Counted from the stretch's first letter, positions 14,488 to 24,965 are shown. The stretch is 64,000 nt of DNA from Paludibacteraceae bacterium (GCA_017457295.1 JAFTHS010000040.1:25786-89785), one strand, 5' to 3'. The notes: a model not told the origin generated them from the letters alone. Translations and numbers: made by a program.

Positions 14488-15861
14488 ATGAAAAGTTTTC
14501 AAGATAGAATCCACGAAGTAACCACCAAAGGGTGGATTTCTTGTGGTGTATGGTGCGCCATTTACATCGCGTTTGTCGTTTGGGTAGCATGGGGCGATTG
14601 GGCAAGTCTTGGTTGGCTCGTGCTGTTGCCAATTATTGCTGATATGTTCACCACCAAATATATCCCATGGAACTGGTGGAAGAAGTACAAACCCCTCACC
14701 AAAGAGGAAGAGGCAGCAGGCAAGAAGAATCCGCATGCCAACAGCACGCTCTATACCATATGTTCGTGGATAGATGCCATCGTTTTTGCGTTGGTAGCGG
14801 TGTATTTTATCAATGTATATATATTCCAGAATTATCAGATACCTACTTCGTCGTTGGAGAAAACCCTGCGTGTGGGCGATTTCTTGTGTGTGAATAAGAT
14901 GAGTTACGGAGCGCGTGTACCCAATACACCTCTCTCTATGCCTCTCGTGCAACACACCTTCCCTTGGGGCGGAAAGAGCTATTTCGACAACCCACAATGG
15001 GAGTACAAGCGCCTCCGTGGTTGGGACAAAGTGGAGAAAGGCGACATCGTGGTCTTCAACTTCCCGACAGGCGATACCGTCTGCACGAAGATGCAAAACC
15101 CCGACTACTATACTCTCTGCCACTACTACGGCAAGCGCACGGTGGAGAACCGCAAGGATGTCTTTGGCGAGATTGTTGTTCGCCCTGTGGACCGCCGAGA
15201 GAACTATGTCAAACGTTGCGTAGGTACCCCTGGCGATACATTGCAAATCATTGATAATGTGATTTATATCGACGGCGTGAAAGAACCCGTACACCCATAC
15301 TTGCAGTACAACTATATCGTCCAAACCGATGGTCATGTGTTGGGTAATAGTTACCTGAGCAAATTGGGTATTTCCAAAGATGACCGCGAGAGCAATGGCA
15401 ACGGATTGTATCGCCTGCCACTGACCGCAGCGATGAAAGCCGAACTCGAGAAGAATAGCCATGTCCTCAGCATAGAGATTGAGCCCGAAGACCAAGGCGG
15501 CGAGGTGTATCCTTTGGGACACAACTCGTGGACACGCGATAACTACGGACCAATTTATATCCCAGCCAAAGGGGATACGGTAATGATTACCGAAGATAAT
15601 TTCCACCTATACAAGCGCATAGCCGATGCCTACGAGTTCAAACCAATGAAAGTGGGTGAACCATACATCTTTGAAATGGATTATTATTGGATGATGGGCG
15701 ACAACCGCCACAAGTCAGCCGATAGCCGTTATTGGGGCTTTGTGCCAGAAGACCATATCGTAGGCCGCCCAATGTTCGTTTGGCTCAGTATTGAGAAAGA
15801 CAACCCATGGGGCAAAGGTCATATCCGTTGGAATCGCATCGGACTCAGCCATTTTGAGTAA
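14488..15861 (+). CDS. lepB: Signal peptidase I (S26 family)
   Basis: Catalytic Ser box IPTSSLEKTL, Lys box YVKRCVG, box E GDNRHKSADSRYWGFVPEDHIVG. Confidence 0.92.
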   Translation: MKSFQDRIHEVTTKGWISCGVWCAIYIAFVVWVAWGDWASLGWLVLLPIIADMFTTKYIPWNWWKKYKPLTKEEEAAGKKNPHANSTLYTICSWIDAIVFALVAVYFINVYIFQNYQIPTSSLEKTLRVGDFLCVNKMSYGARVPNTPLSMPLVQHTFPWGGKSYFDNPQWEYKRLRGWDKVEKGDIVVFNFPTGDTVCTKMQNPDYYTLCHYYGKRTVENRKDVFGEIVVRPVDRRENYVKRCVGTPGDTLQIIDNVIYIDGVKEPVHPYLQYNYIVQTDGHVLGNSYLSKLGISKDDRESNGNGLYRLPLTAAMKAELEKNSHVLSIEIEPEDQGGEVYPLGHNSWTRDNYGPIYIPAKGDTVMITEDNFHLYKRIADAYEFKPMKVGEPYIFEMDYYWMMGDNRHKSADSRYWGFVPEDHIVGRPMFVWLSIEKDNPWGKGHIRWNRIGLSHFE

Positions 15862-16427
15862 TGATTCTGCCTACCACATATATGGGTCCTGTGGAATGGT
15901 ACCGCCAGTTTTTGGCGAATCCATCGGCAGTGCAGATTGAGGTAATGGAGAGTTTTCCCAAGCAAACCTACCGCAATCGCTGTACGATTACTCTACCGCA
16001 CGACTCACAATCCAATTGCCAATCGCCTATTGCCAATAGCCTCACGCTCACCGTACCCGTGAAGCGTGTGGATAGCAAACAGTTCACCCGCGATGTGGAG
16101 ATTAGTTACCAGAAATGTTGGCAACATCAGCATTGGATTGCTCTCGTCAGTGCCTACAAACGCACACCCTATTTCGATTACTATGCCGATTTCTTCCGTC
16201 CGTTCTACGAACAAGAAACGCGCTTTTTAGTCGATCTCAACGAGAAAATACACGAGGTAATCATTCGTTTGATAGCGAACGATGAGCCAAGAACAAAGAG
16301 CCAAGAACAAAGACTAATTACCACTGCAGATTGGGCAGGGCAAGATTTAGAGCAAGCATTCGGCAACGGACAAAGTATATTAGACATATTGTTTGAATAC
16401 GGACCAGAATCCGTAATGAAGATATGA
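15861..16427 (+). CDS. WbqC family protein
   Basis: 188 aa with YMGPVEWYRQF…FPKQTYRNRC, typical of WbqC-like proteins, which commonly follow lepB in Bacteroidetes. Confidence 0.7.
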   Translation: MILPTTYMGPVEWYRQFLANPSAVQIEVMESFPKQTYRNRCTITLPHDSQSNCQSPIANSLTLTVPVKRVDSKQFTRDVEISYQKCWQHQHWIALVSAYKRTPYFDYYADFFRPFYEQETRFLVDLNEKIHEVIIRLIANDEPRTKSQEQRLITTADWAGQDLEQAFGNGQSILDILFEYGPESVMKI

Positions 16428-17446
16428 ATATAGATTGGAGTAAACTGACATTTCACTATACCGAAACGGACTATATCGTTCGTGCGGCATGCAAGAATGG
16501 TGTATGGGAACGCCCCTATGCCACGCGCGACAAGATGATTCCTATCCATGCTGCAGCCACAGGCCTGCACTATGGTCAAGAGTGTTTCGAGGGGCTGAAA
16601 GCCTTTCGTGGTGTGGATGGTAAGGTGCGTATTTTCCGCATGAAGGAGAACGCCAAACGCATGTACCATTCTGCCGAAGGACTACTGATGACCCCCGTGC
16701 CCGTTGAACTCTTCTGCGAAGCGATATTGTTGGCATTGGAGAAAAACATCGATTTCCTTCCTCCTTACGGGACTGGTGCCACACTCTATTTCCGTCCGTT
16801 GCTCGTTGCTACTACGCCTGATATCAGTGTAGGACCAGGCAAAGATTGTGAGTTTGTGGTAGTCCCTACGCCTATCGGTCCGTACTTCCCCAATGGCTTC
16901 AAAGGCATGCCTGCTATCGTGAACCGCACCATCGATCGTGCGGCACCACAAGGTACAGGCTGCTGGAAAGTGGGTGGTAACTACGCGGCATCTTTCCGCG
17001 CCAGCGAAGCGGCGCACGCCATGGGCTATGAGTGTATGTTCACCGATGCCAAAACGCACAAGTATATCGATGAGTGCACAGCTTCCAATTTCATAGCAAT
17101 CAAACAGCGAAGCGATCTAACTTTCGAATACCTCACCCCACGTAGCACCGCCATTTTGCCCAGTATTACCAACGATTCGTTGATGACATTGGCGCGTGAG
17201 ATGGGTATGAAGGTCACTCGCCGTCATATTCGTGTAGAGGAACTGGCGGATATACAAGAAGCAGCTGCTTGCGGTACGGCGTGCGTGATTTCGCCACTGA
17301 CCAAGGTTGTTGACCCTGACAAGAATATCACCTACTCTTTCGGCGACAAGCCCGGTCCTGTATTGACAAAACTCTACCACGCCTTGCAAGACATCCAGTA
17401 CGGTCGCACAGAAGACAAGCACGGCTGGTGCTTGGTAGTGGAGTAA
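16424..17446 (+). CDS. ilvE: Branched-chain amino acid aminotransferase (fold type IV PLP)
   Basis: 340 aa. LHYGQECFEGLKAF, FRP…N..R, GTGCWKVGGNYAAS. Confidence 0.9.
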   Translation: MNIDWSKLTFHYTETDYIVRAACKNGVWERPYATRDKMIPIHAAATGLHYGQECFEGLKAFRGVDGKVRIFRMKENAKRMYHSAEGLLMTPVPVELFCEAILLALEKNIDFLPPYGTGATLYFRPLLVATTPDISVGPGKDCEFVVVPTPIGPYFPNGFKGMPAIVNRTIDRAAPQGTGCWKVGGNYAASFRASEAAHAMGYECMFTDAKTHKYIDECTASNFIAIKQRSDLTFEYLTPRSTAILPSITNDSLMTLAREMGMKVTRRHIRVEELADIQEAAACGTACVISPLTKVVDPDKNITYSFGDKPGPVLTKLYHALQDIQYGRTEDKHGWCLVVE

Positions 17447-17494
17447 TCTATTTTCCTCTGCAAATAATATCGAAGTGCTAACGTTCAGCGCTTG

Positions 17495-18658
17495 TTATTC
17501 ACGAATACAAGCGTCGTATATGGCATTGGCCAATGTGTTCATAACGTCTTTACCTTCCACATACGTATATCCATTGGTCATGGCCACTATTCCCCATCCA
17601 TCGGCGGGACTCCATATCATAATGCTTCTCAATCCGTATGCGTCGCCTTCGTGACCGATGGGGTAATGTCCTGGTACATTATATCGGTCATCATTAATAA
17701 AGTCCACAAACTCATACAAGCACAACCCATATTGATCTTCCCATTTGTTTTGCTTCTTCCATACAGGTGTCTGCATGGTTCTAGCACTTTCTTCGGAAAT
17801 GATACGCACGCCATTCAGTTCGCCATAGTTCATGTGCATCATCATATAGGTAGCCAAGTCGTGTGCTGAGATCTTCACGCCTCCTGTTGGCGAGAACATC
17901 GGAGCCGAATATCCCATCACATAATCGTCCATTCTGTGTGCGACACTTCCATATGCCGAAGATTTCACATATTCGCCATCTTGATAGCGGTAGATGCTCG
18001 CGAAGCGACTATTGTCCAGCGAGTCCACATTGTGTCCGCCGCACAATCCCAGACGATGTATCACGCTATCTCTCACGTAGTTGTCAAAACGAACGCCTGA
18101 CATTTTCTCTAGGATAGTACCAGCCAAGTTCAGTCCCAGATTAGAGTAGTTATATCCTTCTCCTGGCTTATATTCGTAGTACGACTCTGCGCAATCGCCA
18201 TACACCTCCGGGTTCAGGTGATCTAGTGTAGAATAGTCCTCTTTATCTCGAATACTTGCGGTGTGCGACAGTATCATTCTCAAGGTAATGGGCACGTCGG
18301 GATGATGAGGGTTACGAATCTTGAATCCTATCAAATCGCTCACGTCATCATCCAGCGAAATTTGTCCTTTCTCCACCAGTTGCATCAGACTGGTAGCGGT
18401 AAAAGATTTGGAGATAGATGCAATTCGCATCATGTGGTCGTTGCATAGTGGAGTTTGGGTTTCCAAGTCTTTGTATCCAAATGATTGATTGTAGATTATC
18501 TGTCCATCTTTCACTACTGCGGCCGCTACCCCTACAGTTTGAAATTCGTTCATTACGTTCTGGATTGCTTTGTCGATTTGCTTCTGCTGTGAAGGTGTAC
18601 AACTGGTCATCAGGAGGCTGATGGCTGCGATTGCCATAAAGAATGATTTTGTTCTCAT
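17495..18658 (-). CDS. Serine hydrolase, class C beta-lactamase/DD-peptidase-related lipoprotein
   Basis: Lipobox LLMTSC, SxxK motif IASISKSF, 387 aa. Confidence 0.8.
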   Translation of the reverse strand: MRTKSFFMAIAAISLLMTSCTPSQQKQIDKAIQNVMNEFQTVGVAAAVVKDGQIIYNQSFGYKDLETQTPLCNDHMMRIASISKSFTATSLMQLVEKGQISLDDDVSDLIGFKIRNPHHPDVPITLRMILSHTASIRDKEDYSTLDHLNPEVYGDCAESYYEYKPGEGYNYSNLGLNLAGTILEKMSGVRFDNYVRDSVIHRLGLCGGHNVDSLDNSRFASIYRYQDGEYVKSSAYGSVAHRMDDYVMGYSAPMFSPTGGVKISAHDLATYMMMHMNYGELNGVRIISEESARTMQTPVWKKQNKWEDQYGLCLYEFVDFINDDRYNVPGHYPIGHEGDAYGLRSIMIWSPADGWGIVAMTNGYTYVEGKDVMNTLANAIYDACIRE

Positions 18659-18849
18659 ATTGATTGTGTTTTGCTAATTAGTATATGGTATTTTTCTGTT
18701 ATCAGGATCTCCATTAGTAGCCACTAATTTTGTTTGTCGCTGCAAAGTTACAAAAATAATTTGAATTACCAATGCTATTTACCAAAAAAGATAATAAAAA
18801 AACAACACCCCAAGCAATAGTCTATACCACAACCCTACTATTTGCTACC

Positions 18850-18907
18850 ATTAATTAGTGATTAATTAGTGATTAATTAGTGATTAATTAGTGATTAGTT
18901 AGTGATT
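18850..18907. repeat. Tandem 11-bp repeat (ATTAATTAGTG) x5
   Basis: Four perfect units and one variant (attagttagtg) read directly from the sequence. Confidence 0.95.
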
Positions 18908-19007
18908 CCCGAACCTTCATCCTATGAAAACCATAAGTCTTGCGCATCTACAAATTTTGTTGTTCCCTTGCAACCGATTCGGTAAAGCGTTCCCATCAAA
19001 ACATATT

Positions 19008-19067
19008 TTATAAGACCAGACGCATACTGCCATTTACGCAAATTCGCATAACTGGCAGTTTTATTTG
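19008..19067 (+). terminator. Terminator-like hairpin element, copy 1 of a 2-copy dispersed element (partner at 62913-62972, minus)
   Basis: ctgcca…tggcag imperfect hairpin followed by TTTTATTTG. About 75-80 percent identical by eye to the reverse complement of 62913-62972. Confidence 0.5.
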
Positions 19068-19288
19068 TACCACTCTTGCTCAATTCAAAATAATTCATTA
19101 CAACCTACCACTTGCCACAAACTCCTCCGCGACGGTCAACTCCTCGTCCTCCGCGATGGGAAGATATATAACGCAATAGGAAAAGAGTTGGAGCGTTTGG
19201 AAACTGAATGGTAAAAGGTGAGAACTACCCTAACAAAAAAACAGTGTGCCCACTTAATAGTAGGCACACTATTTTGTATTTTTCGGAG

Positions 19289-22200
19289 CTATATCTTTTG
19301 CCCCATAACGTTATATTCTACGCCGTCACGCACGATTACCAACTGCCCATTGCGGAAGAATTTGGTGTTTGGCGCAGACTGCAAAGTGGATGAAGTATCA
19401 GGCAAGTCTGTAGGCGTTTCGGCATCAATACACTGAATACCAGCGAATAAGCCCCATATCTCGTGCGACTGATAGTCTGCCAACGAACTGCATGGTACAC
19501 AAAGCGTAGCAGAATAATCCTTAAAACCACTATTATATACCTCTGGAGGCACTGGTGCGTAACAATAAATAGTATCAATTGCTGTGCAAGTTTTAAATGC
19601 ACTTTCTCCAACCGTTTCAAGACTCTTGCCAAGTGTCAGTGTGGTCAAAGCCGTACAATCAAAGAATGCACACCAGCCAATAAGCGTTACACCGTTGCCG
19701 ATGACGGCAGATGTCAAAGCCGTACAACCCTCAAAGGCACAATATCTAACAGCCGTCACATTATCTGGCACAACGATAGCACTTAGCTTTGAGCAACCCG
19801 AGAACGCATATTCCCCTATATCAGTCAGCCCATTGCCCATAGCGACCGAAGTCAACGAGGTGCAATGTCTAAACGCCTGTACTCCTACCTTTTTCACACT
19901 GTTGGGAATGGCCACACTCGTCAATTCAGAGCATTTATAACATGCATTGTTAGCAATCAGAAGACAATTCTCCCTGACGCTAAATGCGCCTTTCACATCC
20001 GCTTGAACTTTGATCAAATAATCGCCAATATACAAGGCACCATTTTGCCAGTTGGTGGGGTTATTATAGATAGCTGTACCTAAGAACGCATCGGTTCCAA
20101 TACTGGTCACACCCGTACCGATATTCACTTTCTTCAATTGAGAGCAATCATAGAAGGCACTAACACCAATACTCTCCATACTTTGCGGGATAGTAATCTC
20201 CTCTAAAGCAGAGCAACCAGAGAACGCATTAGATTCGATACTTGTCACGCGATTGCCGATACCAACCTCCTTCAAGGCAGAGCAACCTCTGAATAAGGAA
20301 GATTCAATAGTAGTGATACTATCAGGAAGGACTATAGCGGGCAGGGAGACGCAATCCTCGAACGCCTCACTTCCTATACTGGTCACACCATTGCCAAGAG
20401 TCACCTTCTCCAATGCTGTACAACCACTGAACATCCATCTTCCAATACTCTTCACACCATTGCCGATACTCACCTCCTTTAAAGCAGTGCAATAGATGAA
20501 TGCATCTCTATCTATCGTCGTCACACCGTCTAAGATGACTACCTCCTCCAAAGCAGTGCAACCACGGAATGCTTCCCTCGCAATATGGGTCACATCGTTG
20601 CCGATAGTAATGGATGTCAACGAGGTGCAATTTAGGAACACATTCCGAGGAATTTCCTTCACTCCCTTTGGTATAATCACAGCATTAAGAGGAGCACGAT
20701 ATCCCACTATCGTACTGTCATTGATAAATAGTCTATCTATTTCTTTATCCACTATTTGAGCCCCCCAGTAGTTGTTTTCTTCAGCACTGAGGGAGGAATG
20801 GTTGATGATACTGTCTTTGGCAAGAGTACAGCCCGTAAGCGCACTACTTTCAAGACTCGTCACAGTATTAGGGATGGTGATAGACGATAGATTGGTACCA
20901 TTACTGAACGCATAATCCGCAATCGTTGTTATCTCCTCTGGAATGATAATAGTAGCAAGATGAGGACGACAACCTATCACCGTATCGTTGCTTATCAGCA
21001 ATCCATTAACTTCTTTTTCCACTATCTTAGCCTCCCAGTAGTTGTTTTCTTCCGCACTGAGGGACGAATGATTGATAAAGTTTTCTTTGGTAAAGAGGCA
21101 ATTTCTGAAAACACGATTTCCTATACTTGTTACACTGCTTGGAATCGTTATTGATGTCAAACCACTGCAACCACTAAATGCATAATCTCCGATATTCATC
21201 ACGCTATTGGGGAGGTTGATAGTTGTCAAGCCACTGCAACTACTAAATGCATATTGTCCGATATTCGTCACGCTGCCAGGGAGGGTAACTGATGACAATT
21301 GCCTGCAACCACTAAATGCACTACTTCCAATATGCGTCACACTATTGGGAATAGTAACCGATGACAATTTATCACATTCACCAAACGCATTATCGGCAAT
21401 CACTCGACAACCCTCTCTGATGGTATATGCGCCCTTTATCTCTGTTTTGGCTTTTATTAGGCAATTGCTGATGTACAACACGCCATCCTCCCAATTACTT
21501 TCGTCCTTTATAACTCCTGTTTCGCTAAACGCACTGCTGCCAATCGATGTTACACTCTCTGGAATAGTGACAGATGTCAGATCAAAACACTCATAGAACG
21601 CATTGCGGTCAATGGTTGTCACTCCCTCAGGGATATTGGCGGAAGTAAGGCGAGGTCTGGCTTCTACTAACACATTGCCGTTGAACAACATTCCGTCTAT
21701 TTCTTTCTCCGCTATATCAGCATACCAATAATCATTTTCTTCTGCATTGAGTGCTGAATGGTTGATCAAACTATCTTTAGCAAAGAAGCATCGCGAAAAT
21801 GCGGAATTTTCCATATGGGTCACGCTCTCTGGAATAGTCACTTTTGATAAATTACGGCAGTGATAGAATGCAAACCTGTCTATGCGTTTTACGCCATCAA
21901 GCATGTTCACAGTCGTTAAGCTTTCGCACTCATAGAATGCCTGTCCTCCAATACTCACCACACTGCCAGGGATAGTAATACCCGTCATCATGTCGCAAGC
22001 AGAGAATGTACCCTCTGCTATCAGCCGACAACCATCCTTCAGGGTGTATGCACCAGTTATATCCGATTGGGCAGCTACCAAGTAATTACTGACATATAGC
22101 AAACCATTCTCCCAATTGGATGCTTCATTATAAAAACCTGTATCATCAAAGGCATTATCTCCGATACTTGTTACGTTGCTGCCGATGGTTATCGAATCGA

Positions 22201-22675
22201 GACCTACGCAATATTGGAAGGCACCACCTCCAATACTGGTCACGCTATTTGGGATAATAATAGCATTTAAATTATCACACTCATTGAAGGCATATCTCCC
22301 AATACTCGTCACGCTGTCGGGGATAGTGATAGCAGGCAGCACAGAGCAATTGTAGAATGCATAATTTCCAATACTCGTCACGCTATTGGGTATGGTGACA
22401 GAAGTCAAATCAGGGCAATTATAAAATGCTCTTTCACCAATACTTGTTACGCTATAAATGGTGTCGTTATGGGTGATTGTTTCGGGAATCACTACGCTGG
22501 TCATACCTTCGTAGTTAGTACCGTTACCACTATCATCCAATGAATTGGTCACTTCCACGGTAAAGGGTTCAGTACTGCTGGTGATGTTGTAGTACAATTC
22601 ACCAGATTGGATTTTTTGTGCCCATGCGCCCGTCACAACGAGGATGGCAAGAATGAATGTAATAAATTGTTTCAT
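19289..22675 (-). CDS. BspA-type leucine-rich repeat surface protein with C-terminal secretion tail
   Basis: 1128 aa with signal peptide. Dozens of ~23-aa IPxSVTSIGxxAFxxCxxLxSIT units. C-terminus KFFRNGQLVIVRDGVEYNVMGQKI. Confidence 0.85.
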   Translation of the reverse strand: MKQFITFILAILVVTGAWAQKIQSGELYYNITSSTEPFTVEVTNSLDDSGNGTNYEGMTSVVIPETITHNDTIYSVTSIGERAFYNCPDLTSVTIPNSVTSIGNYAFYNCSVLPAITIPDSVTSIGRYAFNECDNLNAIIIPNSVTSIGGGAFQYCVGLDSITIGSNVTSIGDNAFDDTGFYNEASNWENGLLYVSNYLVAAQSDITGAYTLKDGCRLIAEGTFSACDMMTGITIPGSVVSIGGQAFYECESLTTVNMLDGVKRIDRFAFYHCRNLSKVTIPESVTHMENSAFSRCFFAKDSLINHSALNAEENDYWYADIAEKEIDGMLFNGNVLVEARPRLTSANIPEGVTTIDRNAFYECFDLTSVTIPESVTSIGSSAFSETGVIKDESNWEDGVLYISNCLIKAKTEIKGAYTIREGCRVIADNAFGECDKLSSVTIPNSVTHIGSSAFSGCRQLSSVTLPGSVTNIGQYAFSSCSGLTTINLPNSVMNIGDYAFSGCSGLTSITIPSSVTSIGNRVFRNCLFTKENFINHSSLSAEENNYWEAKIVEKEVNGLLISNDTVIGCRPHLATIIIPEEITTIADYAFSNGTNLSSITIPNTVTSLESSALTGCTLAKDSIINHSSLSAEENNYWGAQIVDKEIDRLFINDSTIVGYRAPLNAVIIPKGVKEIPRNVFLNCTSLTSITIGNDVTHIAREAFRGCTALEEVVILDGVTTIDRDAFIYCTALKEVSIGNGVKSIGRWMFSGCTALEKVTLGNGVTSIGSEAFEDCVSLPAIVLPDSITTIESSLFRGCSALKEVGIGNRVTSIESNAFSGCSALEEITIPQSMESIGVSAFYDCSQLKKVNIGTGVTSIGTDAFLGTAIYNNPTNWQNGALYIGDYLIKVQADVKGAFSVRENCLLIANNACYKCSELTSVAIPNSVKKVGVQAFRHCTSLTSVAMGNGLTDIGEYAFSGCSKLSAIVVPDNVTAVRYCAFEGCTALTSAVIGNGVTLIGWCAFFDCTALTTLTLGKSLETVGESAFKTCTAIDTIYCYAPVPPEVYNSGFKDYSATLCVPCSSLADYQSHEIWGLFAGIQCIDAETPTDLPDTSSTLQSAPNTKFFRNGQLVIVRDGVEYNVMGQKI

Positions 22676-23073
22676 TGTTGTATATTGTTTTTAGTTTTAC
22701 ATTTTCACATTGAAGATTTTTGAACCCTTTCACTTTTTTAGGCAGAGAGTAAAAAAATACACTATCGCAGAGCATATGGTATGCTACACGGTAGTGTATC
22801 TACAGTCATAGTGTCTAATTCTCGTGTCCTTGGAGGAGGTACGATGAAATGATGCTTCTCAGCATTCAACCCCACAGCACACGGCATATGATGATGCATC
22901 GTAATGCCTCGAACACAAGTTTTGGGTATGTACATAGTTGCGCTATTTTTCATCTACTGAACATAGCACAAAAACTATGCCATTGTTGTTCATAGGCAAC
23001 TGTAAAAGACGCTTAATGATTGCAAATTCTGTCTATAAGTTAGCCAAATTCGCCTACAAATAGGGCACATTTA

Positions 23074-23314
23074 GGCAACAGATGTGCTACAATGGTCGCG
23101 AAGTGGTCGCGTAGCCCGAAGAAAACTTGTAGGTGTTTCGGCACAATCTTCGCGCGAAGAAACTTTTTTGCAGAAAAATTTACCCACGCGGGAAACCCTA
23201 TAAACACAGGGCTTCCCGCGTGTTACATATACCACTTTACCGTCCAATTTCTCTAATCTTCGGCACAAAACCCCTTCCATGCCGAAAATACGGCAATAGT
23301 ATAAATATATAGAG
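23074..23314. repeat. Copy A of a dispersed composite repeat shared with 57727-58158
   Basis: The 45-bp module at 23074-23118 matches the reverse complement of 57877-57921 at 42/45 positions. The hairpin module cacgcgggaa…ttcccgcgtg (23185-23222) and its flanks match 58066-58103. Confidence 0.85.
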
Positions 23315-23353
23315 GTGGTGTTTGACACAAAATCATACTGCTGAACGATTTTA

Positions 23354-23385
23354 TTTGCAAATATGCAAAAAAAATATTACCTTTG
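23354..23385 (+). promoter_or_regulatory. Bacteroidetes-type promoter upstream of the POT transporter (-33 TTTG, -7 TACCTTTG)
   Basis: TTTG at 23354-23357 and TAnnTTTG at 23378-23385 with a 20-nt spacer. Confidence 0.5.
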
Positions 23386-23435
23386 CGCGGAATTTTGCGT
23401 AAAAATAATTATTAACCATAAAAACAACTAAATTT

Positions 23436-24962
23436 ATGTTTGAAAATCAACCTAAAGGTCTGTTTGCATTGGCGCTTGCCAACACAGGCGAACGATTTGG
23501 CTACTACACCATGTTAGCCGTATTTGCACTCTTCCTGCGTGCGAACTTCGGATTGGAAGCTGCCACCGCAGGACAAATCTATTCTACCTTCCTCGCGTTG
23601 GTGTATTTCTTGCCACTCGTAGGTGGTATCTTGGCAGACAAGATCGGCTATGGAAAGTGTGTAACCATTGGTATTATGGTGATGTTCCTAGGATATATCC
23701 TATTGGCTATTCCATTGGGCGCAGGTGGCACCGCTATGGGTGCGATGATTGCTGCGTTGGTACTCATCAGTTTTGGTACTGGTTTGTTCAAAGGTAACTT
23801 GCAAGTGATGGTGGGTAATCTCTACGACGATCCTAAGTACGCAGACAAGCGCGATGCTGCTTTCTCACTCTTCTACATGGCTATCAACATTGGTGCGATG
23901 TTCGCTCCTACTGCAGCTGTGAAGATCATGGATTGGGCACAAACCAGTCTGGGCGTGAGCGTGAACGATAGCTATCACTTTGCATTCATGGTAGCTTGCG
24001 CATCATTGATACTCAGTATCGTAATCTACTACGCTTGCCGTCCTTGGTTCAAGCACGTAGAGAACTCTGCTAAGCAAGCAGCTGCTACTGGTGCAAAAGT
24101 AGAAGAACTGACTCCAGAGCAAACCAAAAAGCGCATCGTGGCTCTCTGCCTCGTGTTCGCTGTGGTAATCTTCTTCTGGATGGCCTTCCACCAAAACGGT
24201 TTGACACTCACCTACTTCGCTAACGAGTTCGTACAACCACTCTGCACCGGCGTACAAACCATGTGGTTTGACATCATCAACCTTGTGATGATTGTCATCA
24301 TCGTATATGCAGGTTTCTCATTGGTACAAAGCAAGACTACTAAAGCAAAAGTATTCTCTGGCGTGGCTATCGCGGCTGCATTGGGCGTATTGGCATACAA
24401 GTACCTCCATATCTCTCCAGAAGGAATCACCTTGAGCGCACCAATCTTCCAACAGTTCAACCCATTCTACGTAGTGGCACTCACACCATTCAGCATGGCA
24501 CTCTTTGGTGCTCTCGCTAAGAAAGGCAAAGAGCCATCTGCACCACGCAAGATTGCGCTGGGTATGGTGGTGGCTACTATCGCCTATATCGTGATGGCTG
24601 TGGCTTGTATCGGTCTGCTCACTCCAAACGAGCAAGAGTTGGCTCGCGTAACTGGCGACCCAACCTTCGTGAATGCTAACGTACTCATCTACACCTACTT
24701 GATTCTCACCTTCGCAGAGTTGCTTCTCAGCCCAATGGGTATCTCCTTCGTGACCAAAGTGGCTCCTCCAAAATATAAGGGAATGATGATGGGTGGCTGG
24801 TTTGTGGCTACCGCTATCGGTAACTACCTTGTATCTATTGGTGGTAACCTCTGGGGCGACATGCCTTTGTGGGGCGTATGGAGCGTGTTCGTAGCTGTAT
24901 GTGCTGTGGCTGCGATCTTTATGTTCGCAATGATGAAGAAACTCGAAGATGCTACTAAGTAA
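23436..24962 (+). CDS. Proton-dependent oligopeptide transporter (POT/PTR2 family, MFS)
   Basis: 508-aa polytopic protein with N-terminal POT signature GERFGYYTMLAVFALFL. Confidence 0.85.
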   Translation: MFENQPKGLFALALANTGERFGYYTMLAVFALFLRANFGLEAATAGQIYSTFLALVYFLPLVGGILADKIGYGKCVTIGIMVMFLGYILLAIPLGAGGTAMGAMIAALVLISFGTGLFKGNLQVMVGNLYDDPKYADKRDAAFSLFYMAINIGAMFAPTAAVKIMDWAQTSLGVSVNDSYHFAFMVACASLILSIVIYYACRPWFKHVENSAKQAAATGAKVEELTPEQTKKRIVALCLVFAVVIFFWMAFHQNGLTLTYFANEFVQPLCTGVQTMWFDIINLVMIVIIVYAGFSLVQSKTTKAKVFSGVAIAAALGVLAYKYLHISPEGITLSAPIFQQFNPFYVVALTPFSMALFGALAKKGKEPSAPRKIALGMVVATIAYIVMAVACIGLLTPNEQELARVTGDPTFVNANVLIYTYLILTFAELLLSPMGISFVTKVAPPKYKGMMMGGWFVATAIGNYLVSIGGNLWGDMPLWGVWSVFVAVCAVAAIFMFAMMKKLEDATK

Positions 24963-24965
24963 TCT

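Noticed and set aside
14482-15606. 374-aa minus-strand ORF overlapping lepB
   Set aside because: It is antisense to a clear S26 signal peptidase and has no recognisable domain. The same artefact occurs at valS (11603-14270, plus-strand ORFs).
18850-18907. Tandem repeats here and at 25731-25807 considered as a CRISPR array
   Set aside because: The units are 11 and 7 bp and contiguous, with no spacers, and there are no cas genes in the window. These are microsatellites or minisatellites.
22762-23328. ORFs of 63 and 85 aa in the intergenic region between the LRR gene and the POT transporter
   Set aside because: The second ORF lies entirely within the dispersed repeat element, whose other copy is not open in the same frame. 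Neither has a promoter or start context, or a protein-like composition.
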